Positions 1 to 10,219 are shown, counted from the first letter of the stretch. The stretch: DNA of 64,000 bases from Alphaproteobacteria bacterium (GCA_965205265.1 CBDBGH010000003.1:32001-96000), one strand, 5' to 3'. Notes: generated by a model from the sequence alone, not told the origin. Made by a program: numbers and translations.

Positions 1-110
1 TGCACCTTGTCGAAGACCTTGACCTCTCCATTCGACCGCAAGTGCTCCTGCAGCCCTGGGGGGCGTTCAGCACCCCTGACCTGCCCCCATCGACTGGTCC
101 AGTTTCGACG

Positions 111-1010
111 TTAGTGCGTTGCTGATTTCGCTGTCAAGCTGGCCGCCCGGCGGAGCGTAGCGGAGCCGGGCGGCCAGCTTGACATGATGATCGTCTCTGG
201 AGCCGGCGGCCGGTATCCCAGACTGCCATGTGGGCGGATCACGTTGTAATGGCACCGCCAGGATTCGATGAGAACCTGGGCTTCCTTCAGGGTGTAGAAG
301 ACCTCTCCGTTCAGGATCTCGTCGCGGAGCCTGGCGTTGAAGCTCTCGATGTAGCCGTTCTCCCAGGGCGATCCCGGCTCGATGAAGGCCGTGCGGGCCC
401 CGACCGCAGCAATCCACCGGCGCACGGCCTCGGCGACAAACTCCGGGCCGTTGTCGGAGCGTATCCAGGTCGGGATGCCGCGCAGGATGAACAGGTCGGT
501 CAGCACGTCGATGACGTCGATCGAGGAGAGCTTGCGCCGGACACGGATGGCCAGGCTCTCGCGGGTGAACTCGTCCAGGACATTGAGCATGCGGAAGGCC
601 CTGCCGTCATACGTCCGGTGATGCACGAAGTCGTAGGACCAGACATGGTCCGCCCGATCGGCGCGCAGCCGGATGCAGGAGCCGTCGTTCAGCCACAGAC
701 GGCCCCGCTTCGGTTGTTTGGCGGGCACCTTCAGCCCCTCGCGCCGCCACAGGCGCTCGACCCGCTTGTCGTTGACCTGCCAGCCGGCGGCGCGCAGCAG
801 GGCGGCTATCCGCCGGTAGCCGTAACGGCCATACTGGCGAGCCAGCGCGATCATGGCCGCGACCAGACGGTCCTCGTCGTCGTGGCCGCGCGGGATGCGG
901 CGCTGGGTCGAGCGATGCTGCCCCAGCACCCGGCAAGCGCGGCGTTCCGAGACCCCGAGCCGGTCGCAGACATGATCGATGCACTGGCGCCGGCGCGAGG
1001 GGCTTAGAAG
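111..1010 (-). CDS. IS3 transposase OrfB (DDE integrase core), probably joined to OrfA by -1 frameshift
   Basis: WSYDF, RSDNGPEF and PWENGYIESFN motifs; frame open up to the OrfA end; 5' coordinate approximate. Confidence 0.92.
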   Translation of the reverse strand, partial: LLSPSRRRQCIDHVCDRLGVSERRACRVLGQHRSTQRRIPRGHDDEDRLVAAMIALARQYGRYGYRRIAALLRAAGWQVNDKRVERLWRREGLKVPAKQPKRGRLWLNDGSCIRLRADRADHVWSYDFVHHRTYDGRAFRMLNVLDEFTRESLAIRVRRKLSSIDVIDVLTDLFILRGIPTWIRSDNGPEFVAEAVRRWIAAVGARTAFIEPGSPWENGYIESFNARLRDEILNGEVFYTLKEAQVLIESWRCHYNVIRPHGSLGYRPPAPETIIMSSWPPGSATLRRAASLTAKSATH

Positions 1011-1282
1011 TTTCCCCCCGCGGCTTCCTTGAGAATCTGCTTGTCCAGCGCCAGATCGGAGACCGCACGGCGCAGCCGCTCGTTCTCCTTCTCAAGCTCC
1101 TTCAAACGGCGGAGTTGATCGCCGCTCATCCCGGCATACTCCTTGCGCCATCGATAGAACGTAACCTCGCTGATCCCGAGCTGACGGATCGCGTCCGCCA
1201 TCGACAGGCCCTGGCCGTGCAGAACCTCCGCCTGCCGCAGCAGGCTCACAATCTCCTCAGGCTTGTAACGCTTCCTTGCCAT
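1004..1282 (-). CDS. IS3 transposase OrfA (HTH)
   Basis: MARKRYKPEEIV...ISEVTFYRWRKEY...LKELEKENERLRRAVSDL is a typical IS3 OrfA; ends at a GGGAAAC slippery site. Confidence 0.95.
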   Translation of the reverse strand: MARKRYKPEEIVSLLRQAEVLHGQGLSMADAIRQLGISEVTFYRWRKEYAGMSGDQLRRLKELEKENERLRRAVSDLALDKQILKEAAGGNF

Positions 1283-1614
1283 GAGCGGTCCTCCTCATTC
1301 CATAACCTCGGGGTGGACCAATTCCATGGGGGCAGGTCACCCCCTTCTCTCCGCCCACGCCGAACCCTGCGCTGCTTGGCGCTCCCTGGCTGCGTGCCGG
1401 GTTGCCCGCGTTCAGGATTGATGGGGTGTAGCAGCGGGGTTGCCGGCGTGCGCTGGCGCATGCAGTCTGTACGCGCGGCGGTTCCGTGTATCTGGATAGG
1501 TAAGATGGGTCGCTCCCTGCACTGTAGAGCCGGGTCGCACCCGGTCGGCCAATGAGCGGGGCCGTCGCACGTGTTCGGGAGATACTGGTATTCTCTGATT
1601 TCAGGAACATACCC

Positions 1615-2117
1615 ATGGAAGCAATTGTTCAGCACTCAGTAGATCGTGCCACTGACGAAGCCATACGGCTCTGGTCGATGGCCAATGCTCAGTATCCCTC
1701 CACATGGGAGCCGGATATTCGTGTCCGGCTTGCACATATGATTATTGAGCGTGCGAGCATATTCGCGCTCAACGCCCGCCGTGCCATGGAGGGTTTATCT
1801 GACAAACGGCAATTCAAACTCAATCAATCGTGGTACGACTGGAAGCCGATAGCCAAGGGCGATATTGTGGAGGATTTTGTTGAGGCTTTGAATCGTATAA
1901 TCCACGCGAGGGTGTTGAAGGTTGGTTATGAGAATGTTAGGGCAACAGCACCATCTTGGGCGGTGCGTTAGTAATCCCCTGCCTGCAAGCCGAGACTGAC
2001 AGACAAACAGTGGCGTTCATTGACATATTCTCACTTGCTCATTGTTTTCTGTACCACGTGCTCCCGAAACTGTTTTCTCCACAGGCACACGCGCTCACGA
2101 TTCTGCCTGTTCGATAA
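1615..2117 (+). pseudogene. Hypothetical protein gene, frameshifted near 1938
   Basis: ATG at 1615 after CAGGAAC; frame stops at 1971, but another frame continues GNSTILGGALVIPCLQAETDRQTVAFIDIFSLAHCFLY...* to 2117; lower GC than the flanks. Confidence 0.55.
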
Positions 2118-2141
2118 TTCAACATATATCTGGAACTGTAC

Positions 2142-2729
2142 TCACGAACCGGCGTCCACCCACAAATCCCCGAGACTGAACGCTACGGCATCAAACGGCG
2201 GAAGCGACACGGACGCGTTGCCGGTCAGGGTTTCAAGCAGCACCCAGCGGTCATCGCTCAGCTGGAAGACTTCAAGCGTCCGGGCATCGGGATCAACGAA
2301 CCAGAGGTGGCCGACGCCTTCTCTGGCATAGATGGTCCGTTTCTGCCCCTGGTCGAGCGCCCGAGTTGACGGGGAGAGCACCTCGCAGACCCAATCGGGT
2401 GCCAGGGAGAAGTAAGCGGTTCCCGGGAATACCGGCATCCGTTCCCTGCGCCAGCCGGCAAGATCGGGAACGACAATGTCGTCGCCAAGGTGCAGCTCGG
2501 GTTCATCGATGATCCACCAGCCGCCCGGTCCTCCCCGGCCGTAATCGAAGGGCGGCGCGATGCTTGCCCCGAGTCCGGAGCTCGCCCGCGCATGCCTCGG
2601 TGCCGGTCTGGGGCTCGTATGCAGGATGCCTTCAACGACCTCGGCGACCTTGTGCCGTGGCGCCCGGAGCACGTCCTCGTACGTTGCCCGTCTCGGTCGT
2701 GCTTTTGTCTGTACGCGCAGTGCTGTCAC
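2142..2729 (-). CDS. Uma2-family (PD-(D/E)XK) endonuclease
   Basis: ATYEDVL...EVVEG..SPRP...H, VVPDLAGWRRER, PDWVCEVLSPST...K..IYAREGV.HLW.VDP motifs; GTG start inferred. Confidence 0.9.
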   Translation of the reverse strand: MTALRVQTKARPRRATYEDVLRAPRHKVAEVVEGILHTSPRPAPRHARASSGLGASIAPPFDYGRGGPGGWWIIDEPELHLGDDIVVPDLAGWRRERMPVFPGTAYFSLAPDWVCEVLSPSTRALDQGQKRTIYAREGVGHLWFVDPDARTLEVFQLSDDRWVLLETLTGNASVSLPPFDAVAFSLGDLWVDAGS

Positions 2730-3113
2730 TCCCTTGTCTCTCACGGTTAGGTATGCCAGCCTTATCGTGCAGTCAATCGCAGGTCTCCCGCTCTGTCGGG
2801 TCGCCTGCCGAATACAAGAGCCATGACCTGACAGCGGGGTCGCTCCCCGTTGTGCGGCGAATAGGTGGGGCATCTACGTACCTGTGGATTGACTGCAACG
2901 ACCCGGCACCAGCCGGCGTGTGTCCGTTGCCTATGGAGCAGATCGCATGCAGTCGATCAAAACGACCCTTCCTCTCTTCCTTGTCCTGTCCCTTGCCGCC
3001 TGCGGTGGTGGGGGAGGCGGTCCGAAGGCCGCCAATGATATGCCGGACATGCCCGGTGACCTGCCCCCATGGAATTGGTCCACCCCGAGGTTATGGAATG
3101 AGGAGGACCGCTC

Positions 3114-3392
3114 ATGGCAAGGAAGCGTTACAAGCCTGAGGAGATTGTGAGCCTGCTGCGGCAGGCGGAGGTTCTGCACGGCCAGGGCCTGTCGATGGCG
3201 GACGCGATCCGTCAGCTCGGGATCAGCGAGGTTACGTTCTATCGATGGCGCAAGGAGTATGCCGGGATGAGCGGCGATCAACTCCGCCGTTTGAAGGAGC
3301 TTGAGAAGGAGAACGAGCGGCTGCGCCGTGCGGTCTCCGATCTGGCGCTGGACAAGCAGATTCTCAAGGAAGCCGCGGGGGGAAACTTCTAA
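3114..3392 (+). CDS. IS3 transposase OrfA
   Basis: Identical protein to 1004..1282. Confidence 0.95.
   Translation: MARKRYKPEEIVSLLRQAEVLHGQGLSMADAIRQLGISEVTFYRWRKEYAGMSGDQLRRLKELEKENERLRRAVSDLALDKQILKEAAGGNF
3380..3386 (+). promoter_or_regulatory. -1 programmed ribosomal frameshift heptamer GGGAAAC
   Basis: X-XXY-YYZ slippery motif at the OrfA/OrfB overlap, as is standard for the IS3 family. Confidence 0.75.
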
Positions 3393-4285
3393 GCCCCTCG
3401 CGCCGGCGCCAGTGCATCGATCATGTCTGCGACCGGCTCGGGGTCTCGGAACGCCGCGCTTGCCGGGTGCTGGGGCAGCATCGCTCGACCCAGCGCCGCA
3501 TCCCGCGCGGCCACGACGACGAGGACCGCCTGGTCGCGGCCATGATCGCGCTGGCTCGCCAGTATGGCCGTTACGGCTACCGGCGGATAGCCGCCCTGCT
3601 GCGCGCCGCCGGCTGGCAGGTCAACGACAAGCGGGTCGAGCGCCTGTGGCGGCGCGAGGGGCTGAAGGTGCCCGCCAAACAACCGAAGCGGGGCCGTCTG
3701 TGGCTGAACGACGGCTCCTGCATCCGGCTGCGCGCCGATCGGGCGGACCATGTCTGGTCCTACGACTTCGTGCATCACCGGACGTATGACGGCAGGGCCT
3801 TCCGCATGCTCAATGTCCTGGACGAGTTCACCCGCGAGAGCCTGGCCATCCGTGTCCGGCGCAAGCTCTCCTCGATCGACGTCATCGACGTGCTGACCGA
3901 CCTGTTCATCCTGCGCGGCATCCCGACCTGGATACGCTCCGACAACGGCCCGGAGTTTGTCGCCGAGGCCGTGCGCCGGTGGATTGCTGCGGTCGGGGCC
4001 CGCACGGCCTTCATCGAGCCGGGATCGCCCTGGGAGAACGGCTACATCGAGAGCTTCAACGCCAGGCTCCGCGACGAGATCCTGAACGGAGAGGTCTTCT
4101 ACACCCTGAAGGAAGCCCAGGTTCTCATCGAATCCTGGCGGTGCCATTACAACGTGATCCGCCCACATGGCAGTCTGGGATACCGGCCGCCGGCTCCAGA
4201 GACGATCATCATGTCAAGCTGGCCGCCCGGCTCCGCTACGCTCCGCCGGGCGGCCAGCTTGACAGCGAAATCAGCAACGCACTAA
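3386..4285 (+). CDS. IS3 transposase OrfB (DDE)
   Basis: Identical protein to copy 1 OrfB; 5' coordinate approximate. Confidence 0.92.
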   Translation, partial: LLSPSRRRQCIDHVCDRLGVSERRACRVLGQHRSTQRRIPRGHDDEDRLVAAMIALARQYGRYGYRRIAALLRAAGWQVNDKRVERLWRREGLKVPAKQPKRGRLWLNDGSCIRLRADRADHVWSYDFVHHRTYDGRAFRMLNVLDEFTRESLAIRVRRKLSSIDVIDVLTDLFILRGIPTWIRSDNGPEFVAEAVRRWIAAVGARTAFIEPGSPWENGYIESFNARLRDEILNGEVFYTLKEAQVLIESWRCHYNVIRPHGSLGYRPPAPETIIMSSWPPGSATLRRAASLTAKSATH

Positions 4286-4594
4286 CGTCGAAACTGGACC
4301 AGTCGATGGGGGCAGGTCACGACTTCTCCTCGGGCGCGGATGTCGTGACCGCCACGTTCGTACCCGGTGCTGATCCGCCGTACGGCTTTACCCCGAATCT
4401 CGTCACCACCGCCACCGGCTCCTGGCAGGGCTCGTTCCGGGGAACGGAAACTGACGGATCACCGTCCGGTGTCACCGGCACGTTCAGTGCGGACGCCGGA
4501 TCAGCGGGTGTTGCCATTGCCGGCTCCTTCGGGGCGAGTAAGCGCTAATGGGTACCGAAGCGAGGAGAACTCTCACCATGACCCGGTCAGTGGC

Positions 4595-5338
4595 ATGTTC
4601 ATACTCATCATACTCGCCGCCTGGCGCACCGGGAGCCTGAGCCGAGGCCACTTCGCTTGGGGCCCGTTGGGGCGGGCGACCGTAGGGGCGCTGCCCGGCC
4701 TCGCCATGCCGGTGCTGGTGCTGGGCGGCCTCTATGGCGGGCTGTTCACGCCGACCGAAGCGGCCGCGGCCGCTTGCGGCTACGCCCTGCTCTACGGCCT
4801 TGTCACGGGCCGCGGCGAGTTCCTGCGGAACCTGCTGCCGACGGCGGCGCGGGCCATGAACCTGAGCGCCGTGGTGTTCTTCCTGGTCGGGAGCGTCGGC
4901 ATCTTCCAGTTCGTCGCCGCCAACCAGGCATGGCCGCAGCAGCTCGCGCAATTGGTCATCGAGATGCAGCTGGAGCCGCTCCCGTTCCTGTTCGGCTACA
5001 TGGCGCTGTTGCTGATGCTCGGCACCTTCCTCGACGGCATCGCCATGATCCTGCTGACGGTGCCTGTCGTCTTTCCCGTGGCCACGGCGCTCGGCATCGA
5101 CCCGATCCATCTGGGCATCGTGGTCACCATGGGCGTGGAGCTGAGCGTCATCACGCCGCCGGTGGGTTTCAATCTCTACGCGGTCAGCGGCATCGCCCAG
5201 ATTCCCATCCAGACCGTGCTGCGCGGCGCGATGATCTTCTTCGTGTCCGATTTCATCGTGACGCTCATCATCATCCTGGTGCCGGAGCTCTCCACCTGGC
5301 TGCCCAGGGTGCTTGGCGGCGCCTCGCCGTTCGGGTAG
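4595..5338 (+). pseudogene. TRAP transporter large permease (DctM), 5'-truncated
   Basis: GGLYGGLFTPTEAAA, GIDPIHLGIV and ITPPVGFNLY motifs; only ~247 codons remain and the N-terminal part is replaced by unrelated DNA. Confidence 0.85.
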
Positions 5339-5356
5339 GGGCGCGCCCCGCGCCCG

Positions 5357-6181
5357 TCACGCGCGGTCGAAAGAGACGGTCTCGATTTCCTTCGTGTCGA
5401 TGCGCGCGATGGTCAGGCGTCCGGGTTCGGGGCGGTCGTAGTGGATGCCGGTGTCGATCCCGAGCACGTTTCCGCGCCAGAGGGGCGCATGGAGCGAGGT
5501 GTGGCCGGTGAGCACGGCGCGAACGCCTTCCACGGCGCCCTGCCATTCATCGCCGCTCTCGCCGATATAGGGGTCCGTGCGGCCGTAATAGATACGGCTC
5601 CAGAGCGCCCGCGCACGGGCGGTGTGGCCGGCCGGCCCCGCGTCTTCGAGCCCGTCCTCCAACTCCCGCCAGGACCGGAATACGGGGCAGGCGTGGACGA
5701 GGCCGACCGGGCCGAACGGGGTCTCGACCCGCGCGGAGAAGGGCAGGGCCTTCAGCAGGTCCATCCAGGCGCGCGCGCTGTCCTCCGGGCCTCGCTCATG
5801 CCACCAGCCGCCGCCGTTCATCCGCCAGAGGCCCCAGGCGCCGCCCGCCCGCCGCAGCCCGCCGAGCGGCGGCAGGGGCGAGGAGGCGAGCGCCTCCAGC
5901 ATCATCTGCTCGTGGTTCCCGCGGAGCACGAGGTCGAAGCGGGCGGACGGGTCCCGGCCGGCGATCCATGTCCGGGCCTCGAAGGAGTCCGGTCCGCGGT
6001 CGATCAGGTCGCCGAGCGAAAACAGCCGGTCGCCCTCGCCGAATTGCAGTTCGGCCAGCGCCCGGCGCAGGGTGGCGAAATGGCCGTGGACATCGCCGAC
6101 GACAAGATCGCGGCCGTTGCGGTTCGGCCCGAGGCTCACGCTGAGCGCCAGGCCGGGCGGAGAGAAGCTGTCGAGTCTCAC
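5357..6181 (-). CDS. Metallophosphoesterase, PPP family (PrpA / lambda-phosphatase-like)
   Basis: GDVHG, GDLIDRG, GNHE, GHT and IDTG motifs. Confidence 0.9.
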   Translation of the reverse strand: MRLDSFSPPGLALSVSLGPNRNGRDLVVGDVHGHFATLRRALAELQFGEGDRLFSLGDLIDRGPDSFEARTWIAGRDPSARFDLVLRGNHEQMMLEALASSPLPPLGGLRRAGGAWGLWRMNGGGWWHERGPEDSARAWMDLLKALPFSARVETPFGPVGLVHACPVFRSWRELEDGLEDAGPAGHTARARALWSRIYYGRTDPYIGESGDEWQGAVEGVRAVLTGHTSLHAPLWRGNVLGIDTGIHYDRPEPGRLTIARIDTKEIETVSFDRA

Positions 6182-6295
6182 GGGCCGCCGCCTTTCCTGC
6201 TGTCGGGAAAGCGGAACATAGGGCAGGTGGAGGCGCAGATTGAAGCACGCGGCGGGCGGGCGCTATGCTGGCCGGGCGCACGATGCCCGGAGACG

Positions 6296-7267
6296 ATGCC
6301 CGTGAGACCCTATTCCGCCGCCGCCGGATGGCGCGAGGAGCCGCGCTATCCCGACCCGTCGATCGAAATCCTGGACCCGCGCTTCGAGCGCTACCGCATC
6401 TTCAGCGCGGCCGTGGAGCGGCTCTGGACGGGATGCCGCTGGGCCGAGGGGCCGGTCTGGTTCGGCGACGGGCGCTGCCTGCTCTGGTCCGACATCCCGA
6501 ACAACCGCATCCTCAAATGGGAGGAGGAAACCGGGCGGGTCTCGCTCTGGCGCCGGCCGACAGACTTCGCCAACGGCCACACCCGCGACCTGCAGGGCCG
6601 GCTGGTGACCTGCGAGCATGGCGGGCGGCGCGTCACGCGCACCGAATACGACGGCAGCGTCACCGTGCTGGCCGACAACTGGCAGGGGAAGCGGCTGAAC
6701 TCGCCCAACGATGTCGTCGTCAAATCGGACGGCTCCATCTGGTTCACCGACCCGCTGTTCGGAATCCTCGGCGACTATGAGGGCCACAAGGCCGAGAGCG
6801 AGACGCCGATGGCCGTCTATCGCCTCGACGGCGCAACCGGGGAGATGCGCCTCGTCGCCGACGACATCGCCGGGCCGAACGGGCTCTGCTTCTCGCCGGA
6901 CGAGCGCCTCCTCTACATCGTCGAATCGCGGGGCGAGCCGACGCGCAAGATCCTCGCCTACGATGTCGGCGGGGACGGCGCGCTCTCCGGCCGGCGGGTG
7001 GCGATCGACGCCGGCCCCGGCGGCACGCCCGACGGCATGCGCGTCGATGTGGACGGCAATCTCTGGTGCGGCTGGGGCATGGGATCTCCGGAACTCGACG
7101 GCGTGATGGTGTTCGCCCCGGACGGCGAGCCCATCGGCCGCATCGCCCTGCCGGAGCGCTGCGCGAATGTCTGCTTCGGCGGCCGCAAGCGCAACCGGCT
7201 GTTCATGGCGGCCAGCCGGTCGCTCTACGCGCTCTACGTCAACACGCAGGGCGCGCACCACGTCTAA
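6296..7267 (+). CDS. SMP-30/gluconolactonase family protein
   Basis: WAEGPVW, LNSPNDVVV, IWFTDP, PNGLCFSPDE and PDGMRVD motifs. Confidence 0.93.
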   Translation: MPVRPYSAAAGWREEPRYPDPSIEILDPRFERYRIFSAAVERLWTGCRWAEGPVWFGDGRCLLWSDIPNNRILKWEEETGRVSLWRRPTDFANGHTRDLQGRLVTCEHGGRRVTRTEYDGSVTVLADNWQGKRLNSPNDVVVKSDGSIWFTDPLFGILGDYEGHKAESETPMAVYRLDGATGEMRLVADDIAGPNGLCFSPDERLLYIVESRGEPTRKILAYDVGGDGALSGRRVAIDAGPGGTPDGMRVDVDGNLWCGWGMGSPELDGVMVFAPDGEPIGRIALPERCANVCFGGRKRNRLFMAASRSLYALYVNTQGAHHV

Positions 7268-7278
7268 CCGGCACGGCC

Positions 7279-8052
7279 ATGCTTGAGGCGCTGGACGGCG
7301 TCTCGGCGGCCGGGCTGGCGGTGGCCGGGGCGGCGGCGGTCGCAGGCGGCCTGGTCCGGGGCTTCACCGGCTTCGGCGGGGCGCTGGTGATGGTGCCCGT
7401 GCTGAGCCTGGTTCTGGGCCCGGGTGCGGCGCTGGCGGCGGTCTGCGCATCGGGCGTGCCCGTCATCCTGCAATTGCTGCCGGCGGCGATCCGCCACGGC
7501 GAGCGCGCCTTCGTGCTGCCCTTCGCCGCTGCCGCCTTTGCGGCCGCGCCGGCGGGAAGCTGGGTGCTGGTCGCGGTCCCGCCCGCCGCCATGAAGATCG
7601 CCATATCGCTCGCCGTGCTGGCGATGACGGCGATGATGGCCTGGGGCTGGCGCTTCCCCGCCCGCGCCGGCGCCGGCGTCATGGCCGCGCTCGGCGCGGC
7701 GGCCGGTCTGGTGCAGGGTGCCACGGGCGTCGGCGGGCCGCCGGCCGTCGCCGCCGCGCTCGCCCGGCACGGCCAGCCGGAAACGCAGCGCGGCAATGTC
7801 ATCGGCGCGGTCTCCGCGCTCGGCCTCTGCGCGGCGGTTCCCTACTGGTTCCACGGCCTGTTCACGCTCGAAGCGCTGGCCGTCGCCGCCGTAATCCTGC
7901 CGGCCTATATCGGCTCGACTTGGGCCGGCATCCGCCTCTTCGCCGGGCGCGGCAAGGCTTGGTACCGGCGCGCGGCGCTCGCCGTGCTGGCCGCCGTCGG
8001 CCTTGCCACGCTCGCTTTCGCACTGCATGACTACGCCTCGCCACCGAGGTAG
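7279..8052 (+). CDS. Sulfite exporter TauE/SafE family membrane protein
   Basis: GLVRGFTGFGGAL and GATGVGGPP repeats; hydrophobic. Confidence 0.85.
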   Translation: MLEALDGVSAAGLAVAGAAAVAGGLVRGFTGFGGALVMVPVLSLVLGPGAALAAVCASGVPVILQLLPAAIRHGERAFVLPFAAAAFAAAPAGSWVLVAVPPAAMKIAISLAVLAMTAMMAWGWRFPARAGAGVMAALGAAAGLVQGATGVGGPPAVAAALARHGQPETQRGNVIGAVSALGLCAAVPYWFHGLFTLEALAVAAVILPAYIGSTWAGIRLFAGRGKAWYRRAALAVLAAVGLATLAFALHDYASPPR

Positions 8053-8065
8053 GGAGGGTTCCGCC

Positions 8066-8413
8066 TTGACCGTCACGATCTGGCACAATCCGCGCTGCAG
8101 CAAGTCGCGGCAGACATTGACCCTGTTGCGCGAGCACGGCGTCGAACCGGAGATCGTCGAATATCTCAAGACGCCGCCGGCCGCCGGCGAACTCGAAGCG
8201 GTGCTGGACAAGCTCGGCATGGAGCCGCGCGACCTCATGCGCCGCAAGGAGGCCGCATACCGGGAAGCCGGCCTCGACGATCCGGCGCTCGGGCGCCGCG
8301 CGCTCGTGGAGGCGATGAGCGCGCATCCGGTGCTGATCGAACGCCCGGTGGTGCTGGCCAAGGGGAAAGCCGCGCTCGGCCGCCCGCCGGAGAACGTGCT
8401 GGCGATCCTGTAG
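8066..8413 (+). CDS. arsC: Arsenate reductase (glutaredoxin-type ArsC family)
   Basis: HNPRCSKSR and LIERPVV...LGRPPE motifs; TTG start after GGGAGG. Confidence 0.88.
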   Translation: MTVTIWHNPRCSKSRQTLTLLREHGVEPEIVEYLKTPPAAGELEAVLDKLGMEPRDLMRRKEAAYREAGLDDPALGRRALVEAMSAHPVLIERPVVLAKGKAALGRPPENVLAIL

Positions 8414-8416
8414 CGC

Positions 8417-10219
8417 TCAGGTCTCGTTCATCCGGAGCGCGGCGATGAAGGCGCTTTGCGGGATGTCCACCTTGCCGAAGGTGCGCATCCGCTTCTTGCC
8501 CTCCTTCTGGCGGTCCAGCAGCTTGCGCTTGCGCGTCACGTCGCCGCCATAGCATTTGGCGGTCACGTCCTTGCGCATGGCCGAGATGGTCTCGCGCGCG
8601 ACGATCCGGCCCCCGACTGCAGCCTGGATCGGGATCTTGAAAAGCTGGCGCGGGATCAGCTCCTTCAGCCGTTCGCAAAGCTGGCGGCCCCGGCCTTCCG
8701 CGCGCATCCGGTGGGTGATGCAGGCCAGCGCATCGACCGGCTCGTGGTTCACCAGCAGCGAGAGCTTCACCAGGTCGCCCTCGCGGTAGTCCTCGATCCG
8801 GTAGTCGAAACTCGCATAGCCGCGGCTCAGCGACTTCAGCCGGTCGTAGAAGTCGAACACCACCTCGTTCAGCGGCAGCTCATAGACGACCATGGCGCGG
8901 TTGCCGACATAGGTGAGCTCGCGCTGGATGCCGCGCCGCTCCTCGCAGAGCTTGAGGATGCCGCCCAGATACTCGTCCGGCGTGAAGATCGTCGCGGCGA
9001 TCCAGGGCTCCTCGATATGCGAAATCTGCGCCGGGTCCGGCATGTCGGCCGGGTTGTGCAGCAGGTCCGTGCCGCCGTCCGTGCGGTGGACCCGATAGAC
9101 GACGCTCGGCGCGGTCGCGATCAGGTCGAGGCCGAATTCGCGGTCGAGCCGCTCCTGCACGATCTCCAGATGCAGCAGGCCGAGAAAGCTGCAGCGGAAG
9201 CCGAAGCCGAGCGCCGGCGAGTTCTCCGGCTCGTATTCGAAGCCGGCGTCGTTCAGGCGCAGCTTGGCGAGGCTCTCCCGCAGGAATTCGAAGTCCGCCG
9301 AATCGGTCGGGAAGAGCCCGCAGAACACCACCGGCAGGCTCGGCTGGAAGCCCGGCAGCGGCTCGGGCGCGGGCCTGCGGTCGTCGGTGACCGTGTCGCC
9401 CACCTGGCAGTCCGCCACCGTCTTGATCGCCGCGCTCACATAGCCGATCTCGCCGGGCCCCAGCCGGTCCGCCTTTTGCCGCTTCGGCGTGAAGACGCCC
9501 ACCTCGTCGATATCGTAGGCCGCGCCGGTCGCCATCAGCCGCATCTTCACGCCGCGCCTGAGTTCGCCCTCGCGGACGCGGACCAGCGCGATCACGCCGA
9601 GATAGCGGTCGTACCAACTGTCCACCACCATGGCGCGCAGATGCCCGTCGCCGGCGACCTCTGCGGCCGGCGGCGGCAGGCGGCCCGCGAGCGCCTCCAG
9701 CAGATCGGGAATGCCCTCGCCCGTCTTGGCCGAGCACAGCACGGCGTCGCTCGCGTCGATGCCGACCACGTCCTCGATCTGGCTGCGGACGCGCTCCGGG
9801 TCGGCAGCCGGCAGATCGACCTTGTTGAGCGCGACGACGATCTCATGGTCGTTGTCCACCGCCTGATAGACATTGGCGAGCGTCTGCGCCTCGACCCCCT
9901 GGGTCGCGTCCACCACCAGCAGCGAGCCCTCGCAGGCGGCGAGCGAGCGGTTCACCTCATAGGCGAAATCGACATGGCCCGGCGTGTCGATCAGGTTGAG
10001 CGAGAAGGCCCGGCCGTCCGCCGCCTCGTAGTCGAGGCGCACGGTCTGCGCCTTGATCGTGATGCCGCGCTCGCGCTCCAGGTCCATATTGTCGAGCACC
10101 TGGTCGCGCATCTCGCGCTCGGTCAGCCCGCCGCAAATCTGGATCAGCCGGTCCGCCAGGGTCGATTTGCCGTGGTCGATATGGGCGATGATGGCGAAAT
10201 TGCGGATGTGCTCGGTCAT
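8417..10219 (-). CDS. lepA: Translation elongation factor 4
   Basis: [31 protein letters not shown] and [14 protein letters not shown] motifs. Confidence 0.99.
   Translation of the reverse strand: MTEHIRNFAIIAHIDHGKSTLADRLIQICGGLTEREMRDQVLDNMDLERERGITIKAQTVRLDYEAADGRAFSLNLIDTPGHVDFAYEVNRSLAACEGSLLVVDATQGVEAQTLANVYQAVDNDHEIVVALNKVDLPAADPERVRSQIEDVVGIDASDAVLCSAKTGEGIPDLLEALAGRLPPPAAEVAGDGHLRAMVVDSWYDRYLGVIALVRVREGELRRGVKMRLMATGAAYDIDEVGVFTPKRQKADRLGPGEIGYVSAAIKTVADCQVGDTVTDDRRPAPEPLPGFQPSLPVVFCGLFPTDSADFEFLRESLAKLRLNDAGFEYEPENSPALGFGFRCSFLGLLHLEIVQERLDREFGLDLIATAPSVVYRVHRTDGGTDLLHNPADMPDPAQISHIEEPWIAATIFTPDEYLGGILKLCEERRGIQRELTYVGNRAMVVYELPLNEVVFDFYDRLKSLSRGYASFDYRIEDYREGDLVKLSLLVNHEPVDALACITHRMRAEGRGRQLCERLKELIPRQLFKIPIQAAVGGRIVARETISAMRKDVTAKCYGGDVTRKRKLLDRQKEGKKRMRTFGKVDIPQSAFIAALRMNET

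Larger units (their letters stand above)
77..1339 (-). mobile_element. IS3-family insertion sequence, copy 1 (1263 bp)
   Basis: Terminal inverted repeats TGACCTGCCCCCAT...ATGGGGGCAGGTCA (5'-TG...CA-3'), orfA/orfB pair, flanked on both sides by CCC(C), a plausible 3-4 bp target duplication. Confidence 0.95.
3057..4319 (+). mobile_element. IS3-family insertion sequence, copy 2 (1263 bp), inverted relative to copy 1
   Basis: Same TIRs and identical OrfA/OrfB translations as copy 1; one synonymous SNP noticed; flanks CGG / CGA, so no target duplication. Confidence 0.95.
2947..4548 (+). pseudogene. Lipoprotein (TbpB-like beta-barrel C-terminus) interrupted by IS3 copy 2
   Basis: 2947-3056 encodes a signal peptide with lipobox LAAC followed by poly-Gly; 4321-4548 encodes GSWQGSFRG...GVTGTFSA...IAGSFGASKR*. 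Confidence 0.75.

Noticed and set aside
1421-1485. Minus-strand GAACCGCCG...GGCAACCCCGCTGCTACACCCCAT resembles group II intron domains V/VI
   Set aside because: The 3' strand of the DV stem is missing and there is no reverse transcriptase or 5' intron end; at most a decayed remnant.
77-4319. Bona fide composite transposon moved as one unit
   Set aside because: The outer flanks (CCC vs CGA) are not duplicated and copy 1 has its own target duplication.
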